Shown: piece by piece, positions 1 through 8,977 of the stretch
How the letters are laid out: each line of letters begins with the position of its first letter
Position numbering within the stretch: position 1 is the first letter of the stretch
NCBI GenBank assembly: GCA_038323655.1
Contig: JBBQHE010000002.1
Coordinates: forward strand, 149 to 64,148
Direction of reading: 5' to 3'
Source: Acetobacterales bacterium
GTDB taxonomy: Bacteria; Pseudomonadota; Alphaproteobacteria; Acetobacterales; Acetobacteraceae
Length of the DNA stretch: 64,000 nucleotides
Notes under the pieces: model-generated
The model's database searches: none
Told to the model about the DNA's origin: nothing
The model's input: the letters and a program-made list of their open reading frames with translations, nothing else
Program-made: the position numbers and the translations under genes

Positions 1-192
1 CGGCTGGATCAGCGGCAGCACGCCCAACCGGTCCAGCATCTCCAGCGTGGTGGGATGCAGGGACGCCGCGCGCTGGTCCTTGACCGGTGCCGCTTCCGCT
101 TCGAGCACAGTCACCGCGACGCCGCGCTGGCGCAGCGCGAGGGCCGCGATCATGCCGACGGGGCCCGCGCCGACGATCAGGACGCGGCTCAT
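1..192 (-). CDS. FAD-dependent monooxygenase/oxidoreductase, N-terminal 64 codons only (gene continues beyond the left edge)
   Basis: Reverse reading from ATG at 192 gives MSRVLIVGAGPVGMIAALALRQRGVAVTVLEAE..., a Rossmann GxGxxG dinucleotide-binding N-terminus. Its ATG overlaps the stop of the upstream Bug gene (ATGA, 189-192). Absent from the ORF track because the window edge truncates it. Confidence 0.6.
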   Translation of the reverse strand, partial: MSRVLIVGAGPVGMIAALALRQRGVAVTVLEAEAAPVKDQRAASLHPTTLEMLDRLGVLPLIQP

Positions 193-1127
193 CCCTGCAA
201 GCCGAGGTTTTCGACCAGGCCCTTCCACATCGTCGTATCGGCGGCGATGCGCTGGGCGAATTGCTCCGGGCTGTGGTCCACCGGGTCGGTGCCAAGCCGG
301 TCGAGGCGGGCGACAAAAGCAGGATCTCGCGCAGCGGCGCGCAGCGCCTGCGAGACCTCCTCCACCAGCGGCCCGGTGCCGCGCGGCGCGACATAGCCGT
401 TCCAGGTGACCACCGAGACACCGGGCAGAGTTTCAGAAATGGCCGGAATGCCCGGGAAGCGCGGCGACGGCGTGGGCGCCGTGATGGCCAGGACCTTCAC
501 CACCCCGCCACCGATATGCGGGGCCAGTTCGGCGGGCGTCGCGGTCATGAAATCCACCGTGCCGGCCAACAGGTCGGCAAAGGCGGGCCCGGCGCCGCGA
601 TAGGCCACGTGGGTTACCTCGATGCCGGCGCGGGCCGCCACCAGCGCCGTCGCCAGATGCGTCAGCGAGGTATTGCCCGCCGAGGCATAGGACAGGCGCC
701 CGGGGGCGGCGCGCGCGGCCGCGATCAATGCCGGCACGGTCTGCACCGCCAGCCGTGGCCCGGCGATCAGGAAGAACGGACTGGTGCCGACGATGGAGAT
801 CGGATCGAAACTGTCCGGCAGGTAGTCGGTGCGCTGCACGAAAGGCGTGATGCACAGCGTGCTGACATTGGTGAACAGCAGCGTGTCGCTGCCTGCGCGC
901 AGCCGTGCGACGCGGGAGGCCGCGATGGCGCCTGCAGCGCCGCCCTGGTTTTCCACCGTGAACGAACGGCCCAAGCGCATCGTCAGCCATTCCGCCGACA
1001 GCCGCGCCAGCGCATCGGTGATGCCGCCGGGGGCATAGGGCACCACCACGCTGATATTGCGATTCTGCGCCCGCGCCACCATCGGGGCCGTGAGGGCGAG
1101 GCCCAAACAACGTCGTCCCAGCATCAT
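189..1127 (-). CDS. Bug family (TctC-like) tripartite tricarboxylate transporter substrate-binding protein
   Basis: 312-aa ORF with a signal peptide (MMLGRRCLGLALTAPMVARA). Typical Bug motifs are present: VVVPYAPGGITD, ENQGGAAG, YASAGNTSLTHL, HVAYRGAGPA. Confidence 0.9.
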   Translation of the reverse strand: MMLGRRCLGLALTAPMVARAQNRNISVVVPYAPGGITDALARLSAEWLTMRLGRSFTVENQGGAAGAIAASRVARLRAGSDTLLFTNVSTLCITPFVQRTDYLPDSFDPISIVGTSPFFLIAGPRLAVQTVPALIAAARAAPGRLSYASAGNTSLTHLATALVAARAGIEVTHVAYRGAGPAFADLLAGTVDFMTATPAELAPHIGGGVVKVLAITAPTPSPRFPGIPAISETLPGVSVVTWNGYVAPRGTGPLVEEVSQALRAAARDPAFVARLDRLGTDPVDHSPEQFAQRIAADTTMWKGLVENLGLQG

Positions 1128-1185
1128 CCGCTCCTATCGTGATGGCCGGCCGGCATTCCCCAGAGCAGGGTGCATGCAACGACGC

Positions 1186-1201
1186 TGGCATACAAGCTGC
1201 T
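1186..1201 (+). promoter_or_regulatory. Candidate sigma54-type -24/-12 promoter element (TGGCAT-N5-CTGCT)
   Basis: cTGGCATacaagCTGCTt has the GG-N10-GC spacing of the TGGCAC-N5-TTGCW consensus. It lies about 55 nt upstream of the VOC start at 1255. It overlaps the inverted repeat ACAAG-CTG-CTTGT (1192-1204), so it could instead be an operator. Confidence 0.25.
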
Positions 1202-1254
1202 TGTTGTGTGCACAGCGATCTGCGAGCATCGCCGATGAAGGCAGGAGAAAACCC

Positions 1255-1674
1255 ATGTCGAAGATGCGCCACATCGCCCTTTCTGTGCGCGACCCCGAAG
1301 CCAGCGCCAAGTTCTTCGAGGATGCGCTCGGCTTCCAGCGCGCCGGCCGCGCCATGCGCGGCGTCTATCTCACCGATGGCGTCATCAATGTCGCGCTGCT
1401 GAACTTCGGCGATGAACCGGTGCCGGGGTTCGAGGACCAGCCGGGCTACACCGGGCTCATTCATTTCGGTATGTGGGTGGACAATCTGGAACAGACCGAT
1501 GCGGCGGTGAAGGCCGCGGGCGGTTCCTACCTGACCGGGCGCAAGGAAAAGGACCCCAACGTCTTCTACGAGGTGAAGTACCGCACCCCCGATGGCATCG
1601 TCTTCGACGCCACCGAAAGCGGCTGGCGCGGCGCGGTAAAGGAGGTCGTCCCGGCCGAGCCGGCCGAGGCTTGA
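1255..1674 (+). CDS. VOC family protein (glyoxalase/bleomycin-resistance/dioxygenase fold)
   Basis: ATG at 1255 is preceded by AGGAGA (1243-1248). The sequence MSKMRHIALSVRDPEASAKFFEDALGF... and ...GLIHFGMWVDNLE... fit the VOC fold. The upstream extension to 1057 in the track is Arg-rich and not protein-like. Confidence 0.8.
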   Translation: MSKMRHIALSVRDPEASAKFFEDALGFQRAGRAMRGVYLTDGVINVALLNFGDEPVPGFEDQPGYTGLIHFGMWVDNLEQTDAAVKAAGGSYLTGRKEKDPNVFYEVKYRTPDGIVFDATESGWRGAVKEVVPAEPAEA

Positions 1675-2342
1675 CCGAGCCCGAGACGGCCACCGCGCGC
1701 ATCGTCCGCGCCCTGGCCGAGGACATCGTCGCCGGCCACCTGCTGCCGGGTGAGCGTCTGGAAGAACAGGCGCTGGCGACCCGCTACCTCGCCTCCCGCA
1801 CCCCCGTGCGCGAGGCGCTGCGCGATCTCGCCGCCCGCGGCCTGGTGACGCTGGGCGCCCGCCGCGGGGCGGAGGTCGCGCGCATCAGCGCCGAGGACGT
1901 GGCTGACCTGCTGGATGCGGAATGCGAGTTGGAAGGCCTCTGCGCCCGCCTGGCCGCGCAGCGCATGACGGCCGTGGAAAAGCAGGCCCTGGCAGCGCTG
2001 CACGAACAGATGGAGGCGGTGGTGGCGGCGCAGGATCTGCCGGCCTACCTCGGCCTGAACGCCGAGTTCCATGGTGCGATCTGCGACGGCGCGCGCAATC
2101 GCACCATCGCCGAGGCCACCCGCAGCCTGCGGGCCCGCCTGTCGCCGTTGCGCCAGGCGCAGGATGAAGGCGTGGTGCGTCTGTCCAAGGCCCATGCCGA
2201 GCATGCCGCCATCCTGGCCGCCATCCTGCGCGCCGATGCGGCCGCGGCCTTCGACGCCATGCGCAGCCACAATGCGCGGCTGGCAACCAACGTCGTGCGC
2301 CGGTTGCGCGCCGCGCCCCCCGCGGCACGCCTGCGCGCGTGA
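1671..2342 (+). CDS. GntR family transcriptional regulator (FadR/FCD subfamily)
   Basis: The likely TTG start at 1671 overlaps the VOC stop (TTGA). A winged-HTH segment LEEQALATRYLASRTPVREALRDLAARGLV is followed by an all-helical FCD-like C-terminal domain. Confidence 0.8.
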   Translation: MTEPETATARIVRALAEDIVAGHLLPGERLEEQALATRYLASRTPVREALRDLAARGLVTLGARRGAEVARISAEDVADLLDAECELEGLCARLAAQRMTAVEKQALAALHEQMEAVVAAQDLPAYLGLNAEFHGAICDGARNRTIAEATRSLRARLSPLRQAQDEGVVRLSKAHAEHAAILAAILRADAAAAFDAMRSHNARLATNVVRRLRAAPPAARLRA

Positions 2343-3811
2343 CACGGCATGTGGTCGTCGTGGGCGCGGGCAATGCCGCGCTCTGCGCCGCCATCGCAGC
2401 ACGGCAGGCCGGCTGCGCCGTCACCGTGCTGGAACGCGCGCCGGAGGCCGAGCACGGCGGCAATTCGCGCTTCGCCGGCGGCACGATCCGCTTCGCCTAT
2501 CCCGACAGTGCGGCCGTGCGCGCGCTGGTGCCGGACCTGACGCCAGAGGAAGCCGCGCGCACCGATTTCGGCCGCTACGACGAACAGGCGTTCTTCGCCG
2601 ACATGGCGCGTGTCACCATGGACCGAACCGATCCGGCACTCTGCGATGCGCTGGTCTCCCGCTCCTACGACACCATGGCCTGGCTGGCCGGCCACGGCGT
2701 GCGCTTCCTGCCGATCTGGGGCCGGCAGTCCTTTCGCGAAGGCGACACCACGCGCTTCTGGGGCGGGCTGGTGCTGGAGGCCTGGGGCGGCGGGCCGGGG
2801 TTGGTGGAGGCTGGGCGCGCCGCCTGCGCCCGCCGCGGCATCCCGATCCGCCACGGCACCCGGGCAGTGCGGCTGCTGCATGATGGTTTCGCGGTCCATG
2901 GCGTGGTGGCGCGCGGGCCAGAGCGGATGGAGGAAATCCGCGCCGATGCGGTGGTCATCGCCTCGGGCGGGTTTCAGGCTGACCCCGAACAGCGGGCGCG
3001 CTATCTCGGCCCCGGCTGGGAACTGGCGCGGGTGCGTGGCAGCCGCTTCAACACCGGCGACGGCATCCGCATGGCGCTGGAGGTGGGCGCGGCCAGTGCC
3101 GGCCACTGGTCCGGCTGCCATGCCGTGGGCTGGGATTTTGGCGCGCCCGAGTTCGGTGACCTGGATGTGGGCGACGCCTTCCAGAAGCATTCCTATCCGC
3201 TCGGCATCATGGTGAATGCGACCGGGCGGCGTTTCGTGGATGAAGGCGCCGACCTGCGGCTGTTCACCTATGCCAGGTATGGTCGCATCATCCTGGGCCA
3301 ACCCGGCGGCTTCGCCTGGCAGGTTTTCGACGCGACGACCACGCCGCTGCTGCGCGACGAATATCGCATCAAGCGTGTCAGCCGGGTGCGTGCCGACACG
3401 CTGCCGGAATTGGCCGCCAAGTTGGAAGGCGTCGATGCGGCGGCGTTTCTGAACGAGGTCGCAGACTTCAACGCCGCCATCCGCCGCGACATTCCCTTCG
3501 TGCCCCACGCAAAAGATGGGCGCGGGACCACAGGCCTGGCGATCCCGAAAAGCAACTGGGCCAATGCGATCGAGGCCCCGCCCTTCGAAGCCTATCAGGT
3601 CGGCTGCGGCATTTCCTTCACCTTCGGCGGCCTGCGCATCAACGACCAGGCCCAGGTGATGGACCAGGAGCTGCGGCCGATCCCGGGGCTTTTCGCCGCT
3701 GGCGAGGCGGCGGGCGGGCTGTTCTGGTTCAACTACCCGGCCGGGTCGGGGCTGATGGCCGGCGCGGTCTTCGGGCGGTTGGCCGGGCAGGGGGCCGCGG
3801 GTCAGCGCTGA
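2339..3811 (+). CDS. FAD-binding dehydrogenase, TcuA / fumarate-reductase-flavoprotein-like
   Basis: GTG at 2339 overlaps the GntR stop (GTGA). The N-terminus VVVVGAGNAALCAAIAARQAGCAVTVLE..GGNS and the C-terminal GLFAAGEAAGG.. are colinear with tricarballylate dehydrogenase-type flavoproteins. No TcuB-like partner is present in the window. Confidence 0.8.
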   Translation: MTRHVVVVGAGNAALCAAIAARQAGCAVTVLERAPEAEHGGNSRFAGGTIRFAYPDSAAVRALVPDLTPEEAARTDFGRYDEQAFFADMARVTMDRTDPALCDALVSRSYDTMAWLAGHGVRFLPIWGRQSFREGDTTRFWGGLVLEAWGGGPGLVEAGRAACARRGIPIRHGTRAVRLLHDGFAVHGVVARGPERMEEIRADAVVIASGGFQADPEQRARYLGPGWELARVRGSRFNTGDGIRMALEVGAASAGHWSGCHAVGWDFGAPEFGDLDVGDAFQKHSYPLGIMVNATGRRFVDEGADLRLFTYARYGRIILGQPGGFAWQVFDATTTPLLRDEYRIKRVSRVRADTLPELAAKLEGVDAAAFLNEVADFNAAIRRDIPFVPHAKDGRGTTGLAIPKSNWANAIEAPPFEAYQVGCGISFTFGGLRINDQAQVMDQELRPIPGLFAAGEAAGGLFWFNYPAGSGLMAGAVFGRLAGQGAAGQR

Positions 3812-4686
3812 GCGGCCAGCCAGTGGCGGGCGATATCGCGCCGGGGCGCGATCCAGGCGGCGCCGCTTACGGTGATGTGGCGCAGGATGGCCTCCAGCGC
3901 CCCGATCCGCCCCGGCCGCCCGATCATGCGCAGATGCAGGCCGATCGAAAGCATTCTTGGCCGCGCCTGTCCCTCGCGCTGCAACCAGTCGAAGGCGCCG
4001 TTGCAATAGGCCGCGAAATCCGCGCCGTTGAAGCGGGACTCGTTCCAGAACTGCATGTCGTTGGTATCGAAGGCATAGGGCAGGATCAGATGGCGCTGCC
4101 CTGCGATGCTGGCGACATATGGCAGGTCGTCGTCATAGGCATCGCTGTCGTAGAGAAAGCCGCCGTCCTCCACCAGCAGCCGGCGCGTGTTGGGGGAGGA
4201 GGCGGAGCGCGTATGCCAGCCGACCGGGCGCGTGCCCGCGGCGTCGGTGATCGCAGCGATGGTGCGCGCGATGACCGCGCGCTCGGCGGCTTCCTCCATC
4301 CCCGCATGGCTTTCCCAGCGCCAGCCGTGGGCAGAGATTTCATGCCCCCGGCCCACCGCATCGCGGACCAGTTGCGGCGAACGTTCAGCGGCGCGGCCGC
4401 AGGTGCTGACCGTGACCTTCACGCCGAAACTGTCGAACAGATCCATGATCCGCCACCAGCCGGCGCGGGTGCCGTAGCCGAAATGGCTGTCGATGCAGGG
4501 GTCCGGCCCATCAAGGCGATGACGCACCTCGTAGATCGCCTCATTCTGGGAATCGCCGTCGGTGACAGAGAACTCGGAACCTTCCTCGAAATTCACGACG
4601 AAGGACACCGCGACCGCGGCATTGCCCGGCCAGCGCACAAGCGGTGGCTTGCCGCCATAGCCGACCAGGTCGCGCGGGCCGGTCAC
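3802..4686 (-). CDS. Polysaccharide deacetylase family protein, PuuE (allantoinase)-like
   Basis: PRDLVGYGGKPP..VSFVVNFEEGSE..HGWRWE..LPYAFDTND.. matches the PuuE-type deacetylase layout. The likely GTG start at 4686 forms a GTGA overlap with the upstream SBP stop; the track ATG at 4719 is the alternative. Confidence 0.8.
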   Translation of the reverse strand: MTGPRDLVGYGGKPPLVRWPGNAAVAVSFVVNFEEGSEFSVTDGDSQNEAIYEVRHRLDGPDPCIDSHFGYGTRAGWWRIMDLFDSFGVKVTVSTCGRAAERSPQLVRDAVGRGHEISAHGWRWESHAGMEEAAERAVIARTIAAITDAAGTRPVGWHTRSASSPNTRRLLVEDGGFLYDSDAYDDDLPYVASIAGQRHLILPYAFDTNDMQFWNESRFNGADFAAYCNGAFDWLQREGQARPRMLSIGLHLRMIGRPGRIGALEAILRHITVSGAAWIAPRRDIARHWLAAQR

Positions 4687-6248
4687 GGCGTGGGCTGCAC
4701 GCTCATCGCCAGGGTCCATTCATCGGCGCGGGCGACATGTGTCAGGCCACGGCGAACGCCCCAGAGATTGACCTGGTGATACAGCGGCACGAGGCCGAGG
4801 TCGCGCATCCCAAGCTCCGTCGCCGCGATGAAGATGCGCTGCCGCGCCGCGTCATCCAGCGTGGCCAGTCCCTGCGCCACCAGCCGGTCAAGCGCCGGAT
4901 TGGAATAGCGCGAGCGGTTGGAGGCACCCTGCCCCGTGGCGCGGTCAAAGGTCGCGAGCAGCGAGCCGAGCGGCGAGGAGGGTTCCGCCGTATCGATGCC
5001 CCAGCCACCAAAAAGCATGCTGTAGTCCTGGCGACTGGCCGCGGTGATCCAGGTGGCGAAGGGCAGCGCCTGCACCGTGGTCGCGATGCCGACGCGCGAA
5101 AACATCTGGCCCAGCGCCTGGCAGATGCGTTCGTCGTTGACGTAGCGGTTGTTGGAACAATGGATCGTCAGGTTGAAGCCATTGGGGAAACCGGCCTCGG
5201 CCAGCAGGCGGCGCGCAGCGTCGATGTCCTGCGGCGGGGGCGGCAGGCCGGGCGTCCAGCCGAACCAGCCGCGCGGCATGACCTGACCCGTGGGTTCGCC
5301 CGCGCCATCCATCACGCGGGCCACCAGCGCATCGCGGTTGATGGCGAGGCTGACAGCCTGGCGCACCCGCAGATCGCGGAACGGATTTGTCGTCAGCGGC
5401 CGCCCGGCGCGGTCGGCGACAAAGGGCGAGACGCGGTCGAGGTGATCGACGAAGACATACATGTTGCGGTTCGACACGGTGCGCGTGACCTGCAGCCGCG
5501 GCTCGCGTTCGACGCGCGCGATGTCGGACGTCGGCAGCGCGTCGATCATGTCGACATCGCCCGACAGCAACGCCGCGACGCGGGTCGTGCCATTGCGCAT
5601 GAAGCGCATGGTCACCGTGCCCCAGGGCTGCACACCCCCCCAATAGACTGGGTTGCGTTCCATCACGATGCGGTCGCCCTGCGCCCAGGAGACAAAGCGA
5701 TACGGCCCCGTGCCGACCATGGCGCGGCCGCTGTTGTAGTCGGCGGTGGTCGCCCCCTCGCCATGCTTGCGGGAGACGATGCCGAAGGTGCTGAGGTAGA
5801 TCGGCATCAATGGAAAGGGCGTCGCGGTGCGGAAGCGGATGGTCTGCGGATCGACCACCTCGGTCGCCGTGATCTGGCGGATATAAAGGCCGAAGGACGA
5901 CGGGCTGTTCGGCACGCTGGGCGCGCGGGCGATGGTGAAGGCCACGTCATCGGCGGTGAAGGGGCTGCCGTCGTGCCAGGCGACGCCCTCGCGCAGCTTG
6001 AACTCCCAGGTGGTGTCGTCGACCGCGCCCCAGGACACGGCCAGGCCGGGGCGCAGTCGCTGCTGCTCGTCCTGCAGAATCAGCGCGTCGAAGAAATGGG
6101 CGGCGACCGCCTTGTTCGGCGCCAGGTTGTGGAAATGCGGATCGACCGAGGTGATCTCTGCCTCCACCGCCACGCGCAAGGCGGGCTGTGCCACGGCGCC
6201 GAAGGACAGCAGCAGGCCGAGGGCGAGGATGAGGCTTCGCAAGATCAA
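4683..6248 (-). CDS. ABC transporter substrate-binding protein, family 5 (peptide/nickel/opine type)
   Basis: The C-terminal ~520 aa of the 966-aa track ORF are SBP5-like (VDPHFHNLAPNKAVAAHFFDAL..GTGPYRFVSW..). A signal peptide (L)RSLILALGLLLSFGAVAQP follows TTG starts at 6248/6242, with GAAGGGA upstream. No cognate permease or ATPase genes are nearby. Confidence 0.85.
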   Translation of the reverse strand: MILRSLILALGLLLSFGAVAQPALRVAVEAEITSVDPHFHNLAPNKAVAAHFFDALILQDEQQRLRPGLAVSWGAVDDTTWEFKLREGVAWHDGSPFTADDVAFTIARAPSVPNSPSSFGLYIRQITATEVVDPQTIRFRTATPFPLMPIYLSTFGIVSRKHGEGATTADYNSGRAMVGTGPYRFVSWAQGDRIVMERNPVYWGGVQPWGTVTMRFMRNGTTRVAALLSGDVDMIDALPTSDIARVEREPRLQVTRTVSNRNMYVFVDHLDRVSPFVADRAGRPLTTNPFRDLRVRQAVSLAINRDALVARVMDGAGEPTGQVMPRGWFGWTPGLPPPPQDIDAARRLLAEAGFPNGFNLTIHCSNNRYVNDERICQALGQMFSRVGIATTVQALPFATWITAASRQDYSMLFGGWGIDTAEPSSPLGSLLATFDRATGQGASNRSRYSNPALDRLVAQGLATLDDAARQRIFIAATELGMRDLGLVPLYHQVNLWGVRRGLTHVARADEWTLAMSVQPTP

Positions 6249-6356
6249 GGTCCCTTCGCTTTGCCCGGAACTAGCGACATTCGTGCCAGCCGCGCGGCGA
6301 TTGACAAGCGCCGGCCGCGCCGGTCGCATCGCGCCTTTCCTGAAGCGGAGCATCGC

Positions 6357-7775
6357 GTGACCGTCCTTCCCGTCCAACCGCTCGCCGCCGACGCCCCGCA
6401 GCGCCGCATCGCCCATGATCCGGCAAAGCCGCTGGCCAGGCCCTTCGTGCCGCTGGGCGCTGCGTTCCGCGCCGGGTCTTCGTCGCCGCGCGACTATCTG
6501 GAACAGGTCATCGCGACCATCGAAGGCGCTGAGCCCTACGTCGCGGCCTTCGTCACCATGGACCTGGCCGGCGCGCGTGCCGCGGCCGATGCCGCGACGG
6601 CACGCTGGCGCGCAGGGGCGCCGCTGTCGCCGATCGACGGCATGCCCGTGGTGGTGAAGGATATGATCGAAACGGCGTCTCTGCCGACGCAGATGAACAG
6701 TCCGATCTACACGGGCTGGAACGCGCGGCGCGATGCGGCCAGCGTGCTCGGGCTGCGGGCAGCGGGCGCCTTCGTGCTGGGCAAGACGGTGACGACGGAA
6801 TTCGCCTGTGCCAATTCCGGGCCGACGCGCAACCCCTACGACACCACGCGCACGCCGGGCGGTTCGTCCAGCGGTTCGGCCGCGGCGGTGGGGGCGGGGA
6901 TGGCCAGCCTGGGGCTCGGCACGCAGACCCATGCCTCCACCATCCGCCCCGCCGGGTACTGCGGCGCCTATGCGCTGAAGCCGACGCATGGCGCGCTGCA
7001 TGTCGGCGGGTTGGCGCCGCTGGCGCCGACCCTGGACCATCTGGGCGTAATCGGGGCCAGTCTGGAGGATGTCTGGGCGGGGTCCATGGCCATCGCCCGC
7101 CATGTGGGTGGCACGCCGCCCCACCTGGGGCTGCAAGGCCCCGCCGAAGCCCCCGCGCCGCGCAAGCCCACGACTCTGGTGCGACTGGACACGCTGGGCT
7201 GGGCCGAGACGCCCGCGCCATCCCAGGCGGGCTTCGAGGCCGCTGTGGCCCGCATCGCAGCGACCGGGGTGCGCGTACTGGACAAGGACAACGACCCCGC
7301 CACGGCGGCGCTGGAAGCCGCGTTGCGCGGCATCGGCGATTTCGCGACCGACCTGCTGGCCTGGGAGGCGCGCTGGCCGCTGCTGGCCTATCGCGACCGC
7401 GGCGCCGACCAGGTGGGGCAGCGCATCCATGACCTGCTGGAGCGCGCGGCGCGGATGACAGCCGACGACTACGCCCGCGCCCTGGCCGACCGCACCCGGC
7501 TGCGCGCGTTGCTGGCGGATTTCGTCGGCCGCGCCGATGGTTTCCTGCTGCTGTGTTCCAGCGGCCCCGCCATCGCCGACCATGGCTATACCGGGTCGCG
7601 CAACTACCCCCTGCCCTGGACACTGATGGGCGCCCCCGCCTTCGCCCTGCCGCTGTTGCAGGACGGCGGCCTGCCGCTTGGCGTGCAGCTTGCAGGCTTC
7701 GCGGAGGCGGATGCCGAGGCCTGCGCTGTCGCAGGCTGGGTGCGTGATGCCGTGCTGGGGAACAAGACCGGATGA
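6357..7775 (+). CDS. Amidase (amidase-signature family)
   Basis: GTG at 6357 is in frame with the 1043-aa track ORF. The amidase-signature region ..GMPVVVKDM..GKTVTTEFA..TRTPGGSSSGSAAAVGAGM..GTQTHASTIRPAGYCG.. carries the Lys and Ser-cisSer elements. Confidence 0.85.
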   Translation: MTVLPVQPLAADAPQRRIAHDPAKPLARPFVPLGAAFRAGSSSPRDYLEQVIATIEGAEPYVAAFVTMDLAGARAAADAATARWRAGAPLSPIDGMPVVVKDMIETASLPTQMNSPIYTGWNARRDAASVLGLRAAGAFVLGKTVTTEFACANSGPTRNPYDTTRTPGGSSSGSAAAVGAGMASLGLGTQTHASTIRPAGYCGAYALKPTHGALHVGGLAPLAPTLDHLGVIGASLEDVWAGSMAIARHVGGTPPHLGLQGPAEAPAPRKPTTLVRLDTLGWAETPAPSQAGFEAAVARIAATGVRVLDKDNDPATAALEAALRGIGDFATDLLAWEARWPLLAYRDRGADQVGQRIHDLLERAARMTADDYARALADRTRLRALLADFVGRADGFLLLCSSGPAIADHGYTGSRNYPLPWTLMGAPAFALPLLQDGGLPLGVQLAGFAEADAEACAVAGWVRDAVLGNKTG

Positions 7776-8722
7776 TCCATCGCCGCGCGCTGCTGGCCAC
7801 CACGCTGTTGGCGGCCCCTGCCCTGGCCCAGAGCGGTTTTCCCAACCGCCCGATCCGCTTCATCGTGGGCTTCCCGCCGGGCGGCACGACCGACATTGCC
7901 GCACGGCTGCTGGCGCCCAAGATGCAGACGTCGCTGGGCCAGCCGGTGATCGTGGAAAACCGTGCCGGTGCCGGTGGCAATATCGCGACGGAGTTCGTGG
8001 TGCGTGCGCCGGCCGATGGGCATACGCTGCTGATGGGCACGATCGGCGGGCTGGCGATCAACCCGACGCTCTACGCCAACCTGGCTTTCGATCCGCAGAA
8101 TGACCTCGTGGCGATCACCCGGGTCGCGATGATCCTGAACGTGCTGGCGGTGCCGGCGGAAAAGCCCTGGCGCGATGTGGCGGCGCTGATCGCGGCCGCA
8201 CGGGCGAATCCGCTGACCTTCGGTTCCTCCGGCGTCGGTGGGGCCGGGCATCTGGCGGGCGAGCAGTTGAACCTGATGGCCGGCCTGCGGAACATCCACG
8301 TGCCGTATCGGGGCGGGGCGCCGCTAATCACCGACCTGATTTCGGGCAAGATCGACTTTGCCTTCACCCCGGCCTCCGGCGCGCGGCCGCAGGGCGAGCG
8401 GCTGCGCCTGCTGGCGGTGCCGACGGCGGAACGCTCCCGCCTGCTGCCGGATGTGCCGACCATTGCCGAGAACGGGCTGCCCGGCTTCGACATGTCCGAC
8501 TGGTCGGCGTTGATGGCGCCCAAAAACCTGCCGGCGCCGGTCTTGGCCGCACTGAACCAGGCGGCGACGGCGGCGCTTTCCGATCCCGAGCTGGTGGCCG
8601 CCCTGAATCAGCGGCAGATCGAGGCTGTGCCAGGCAGCAGCGCCGATGCCATGGCCTTCATCCGCGCCGAGACGGCGAAATGGACGCCGGTGATCCGCGC
8701 CTCGGGTGCTACGGCGGACTGA
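7772..8722 (+). CDS. Bug family (TctC-like) substrate-binding protein
   Basis: The ATG overlaps the amidase stop (ATGA). Signal peptide MIHRRALLATTLLAAPALAQ, then FIVGFPPGGTTD, ENRAGAGGNI, HVPYRGGAPL. Confidence 0.9.
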   Translation: MIHRRALLATTLLAAPALAQSGFPNRPIRFIVGFPPGGTTDIAARLLAPKMQTSLGQPVIVENRAGAGGNIATEFVVRAPADGHTLLMGTIGGLAINPTLYANLAFDPQNDLVAITRVAMILNVLAVPAEKPWRDVAALIAAARANPLTFGSSGVGGAGHLAGEQLNLMAGLRNIHVPYRGGAPLITDLISGKIDFAFTPASGARPQGERLRLLAVPTAERSRLLPDVPTIAENGLPGFDMSDWSALMAPKNLPAPVLAALNQAATAALSDPELVAALNQRQIEAVPGSSADAMAFIRAETAKWTPVIRASGATAD

Positions 8723-8724
8723 CC

Positions 8725-8961
8725 TCAACCGGACCTGGCCGAGAGCAGCACCGCGACCCAGCGCGTGGAGGGATGCGCGTCGAAGGCGGTCAGGACGGCG
8801 ACGACGATGGGAATGCCGGTGAAGGCGCCGGCGATGCCCCAGAGGAAGCCGAAGAAGAAGACCGATAGCAGAACGATGAAAGGCGAAACCGCCAGCGCCG
8901 CACCAGCGATCGGCTTCGTCATCGCAGTCTTCGGCATCGACCTGATCATGACTGCCGCCAT
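8725..8961 (-). pseudogene. C-terminal remnant of an AI-2E/PerM-type (UPF0118) permease
   Basis: The 78-aa ORF ends ..SPFIVLLSVFFFGFLWGIAGAFTGIPIVVAVLTAFD.., which matches only the last two TM helices of AI-2E family transporters. The remaining ~270 residues expected upstream are absent. Confidence 0.55.
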
Positions 8962-8977
8962 CGCGAAATGAGCGATC

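Noticed and set aside
2045-4006. 653-aa ORF on the minus strand
   Set aside because: It is entirely antisense to the TcuA-like flavoprotein gene and to part of the GntR gene. The composition is dominated by Arg/Ala/Gly/Pro with no motif. This is a typical GC-rich shadow ORF.
4644-6356. N-terminal 571 codons of the 1043-aa plus-strand ORF
   Set aside because: This part is antisense to the family-5 SBP gene and is Arg/Gly/Asp-rich noise. Amidase similarity begins only after the in-frame GTG at 6357.
6249-7583. N-terminal extension of the 966-aa minus-strand ORF
   Set aside because: It is antisense to the amidase gene. SBP similarity and the signal peptide begin at the TTG at 6248/6242.
6553-8061. 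502-aa minus-strand ORF
   Set aside because: It is antisense to the amidase and Bug genes and is extremely Arg/Pro/Ala-rich with no domain signature.
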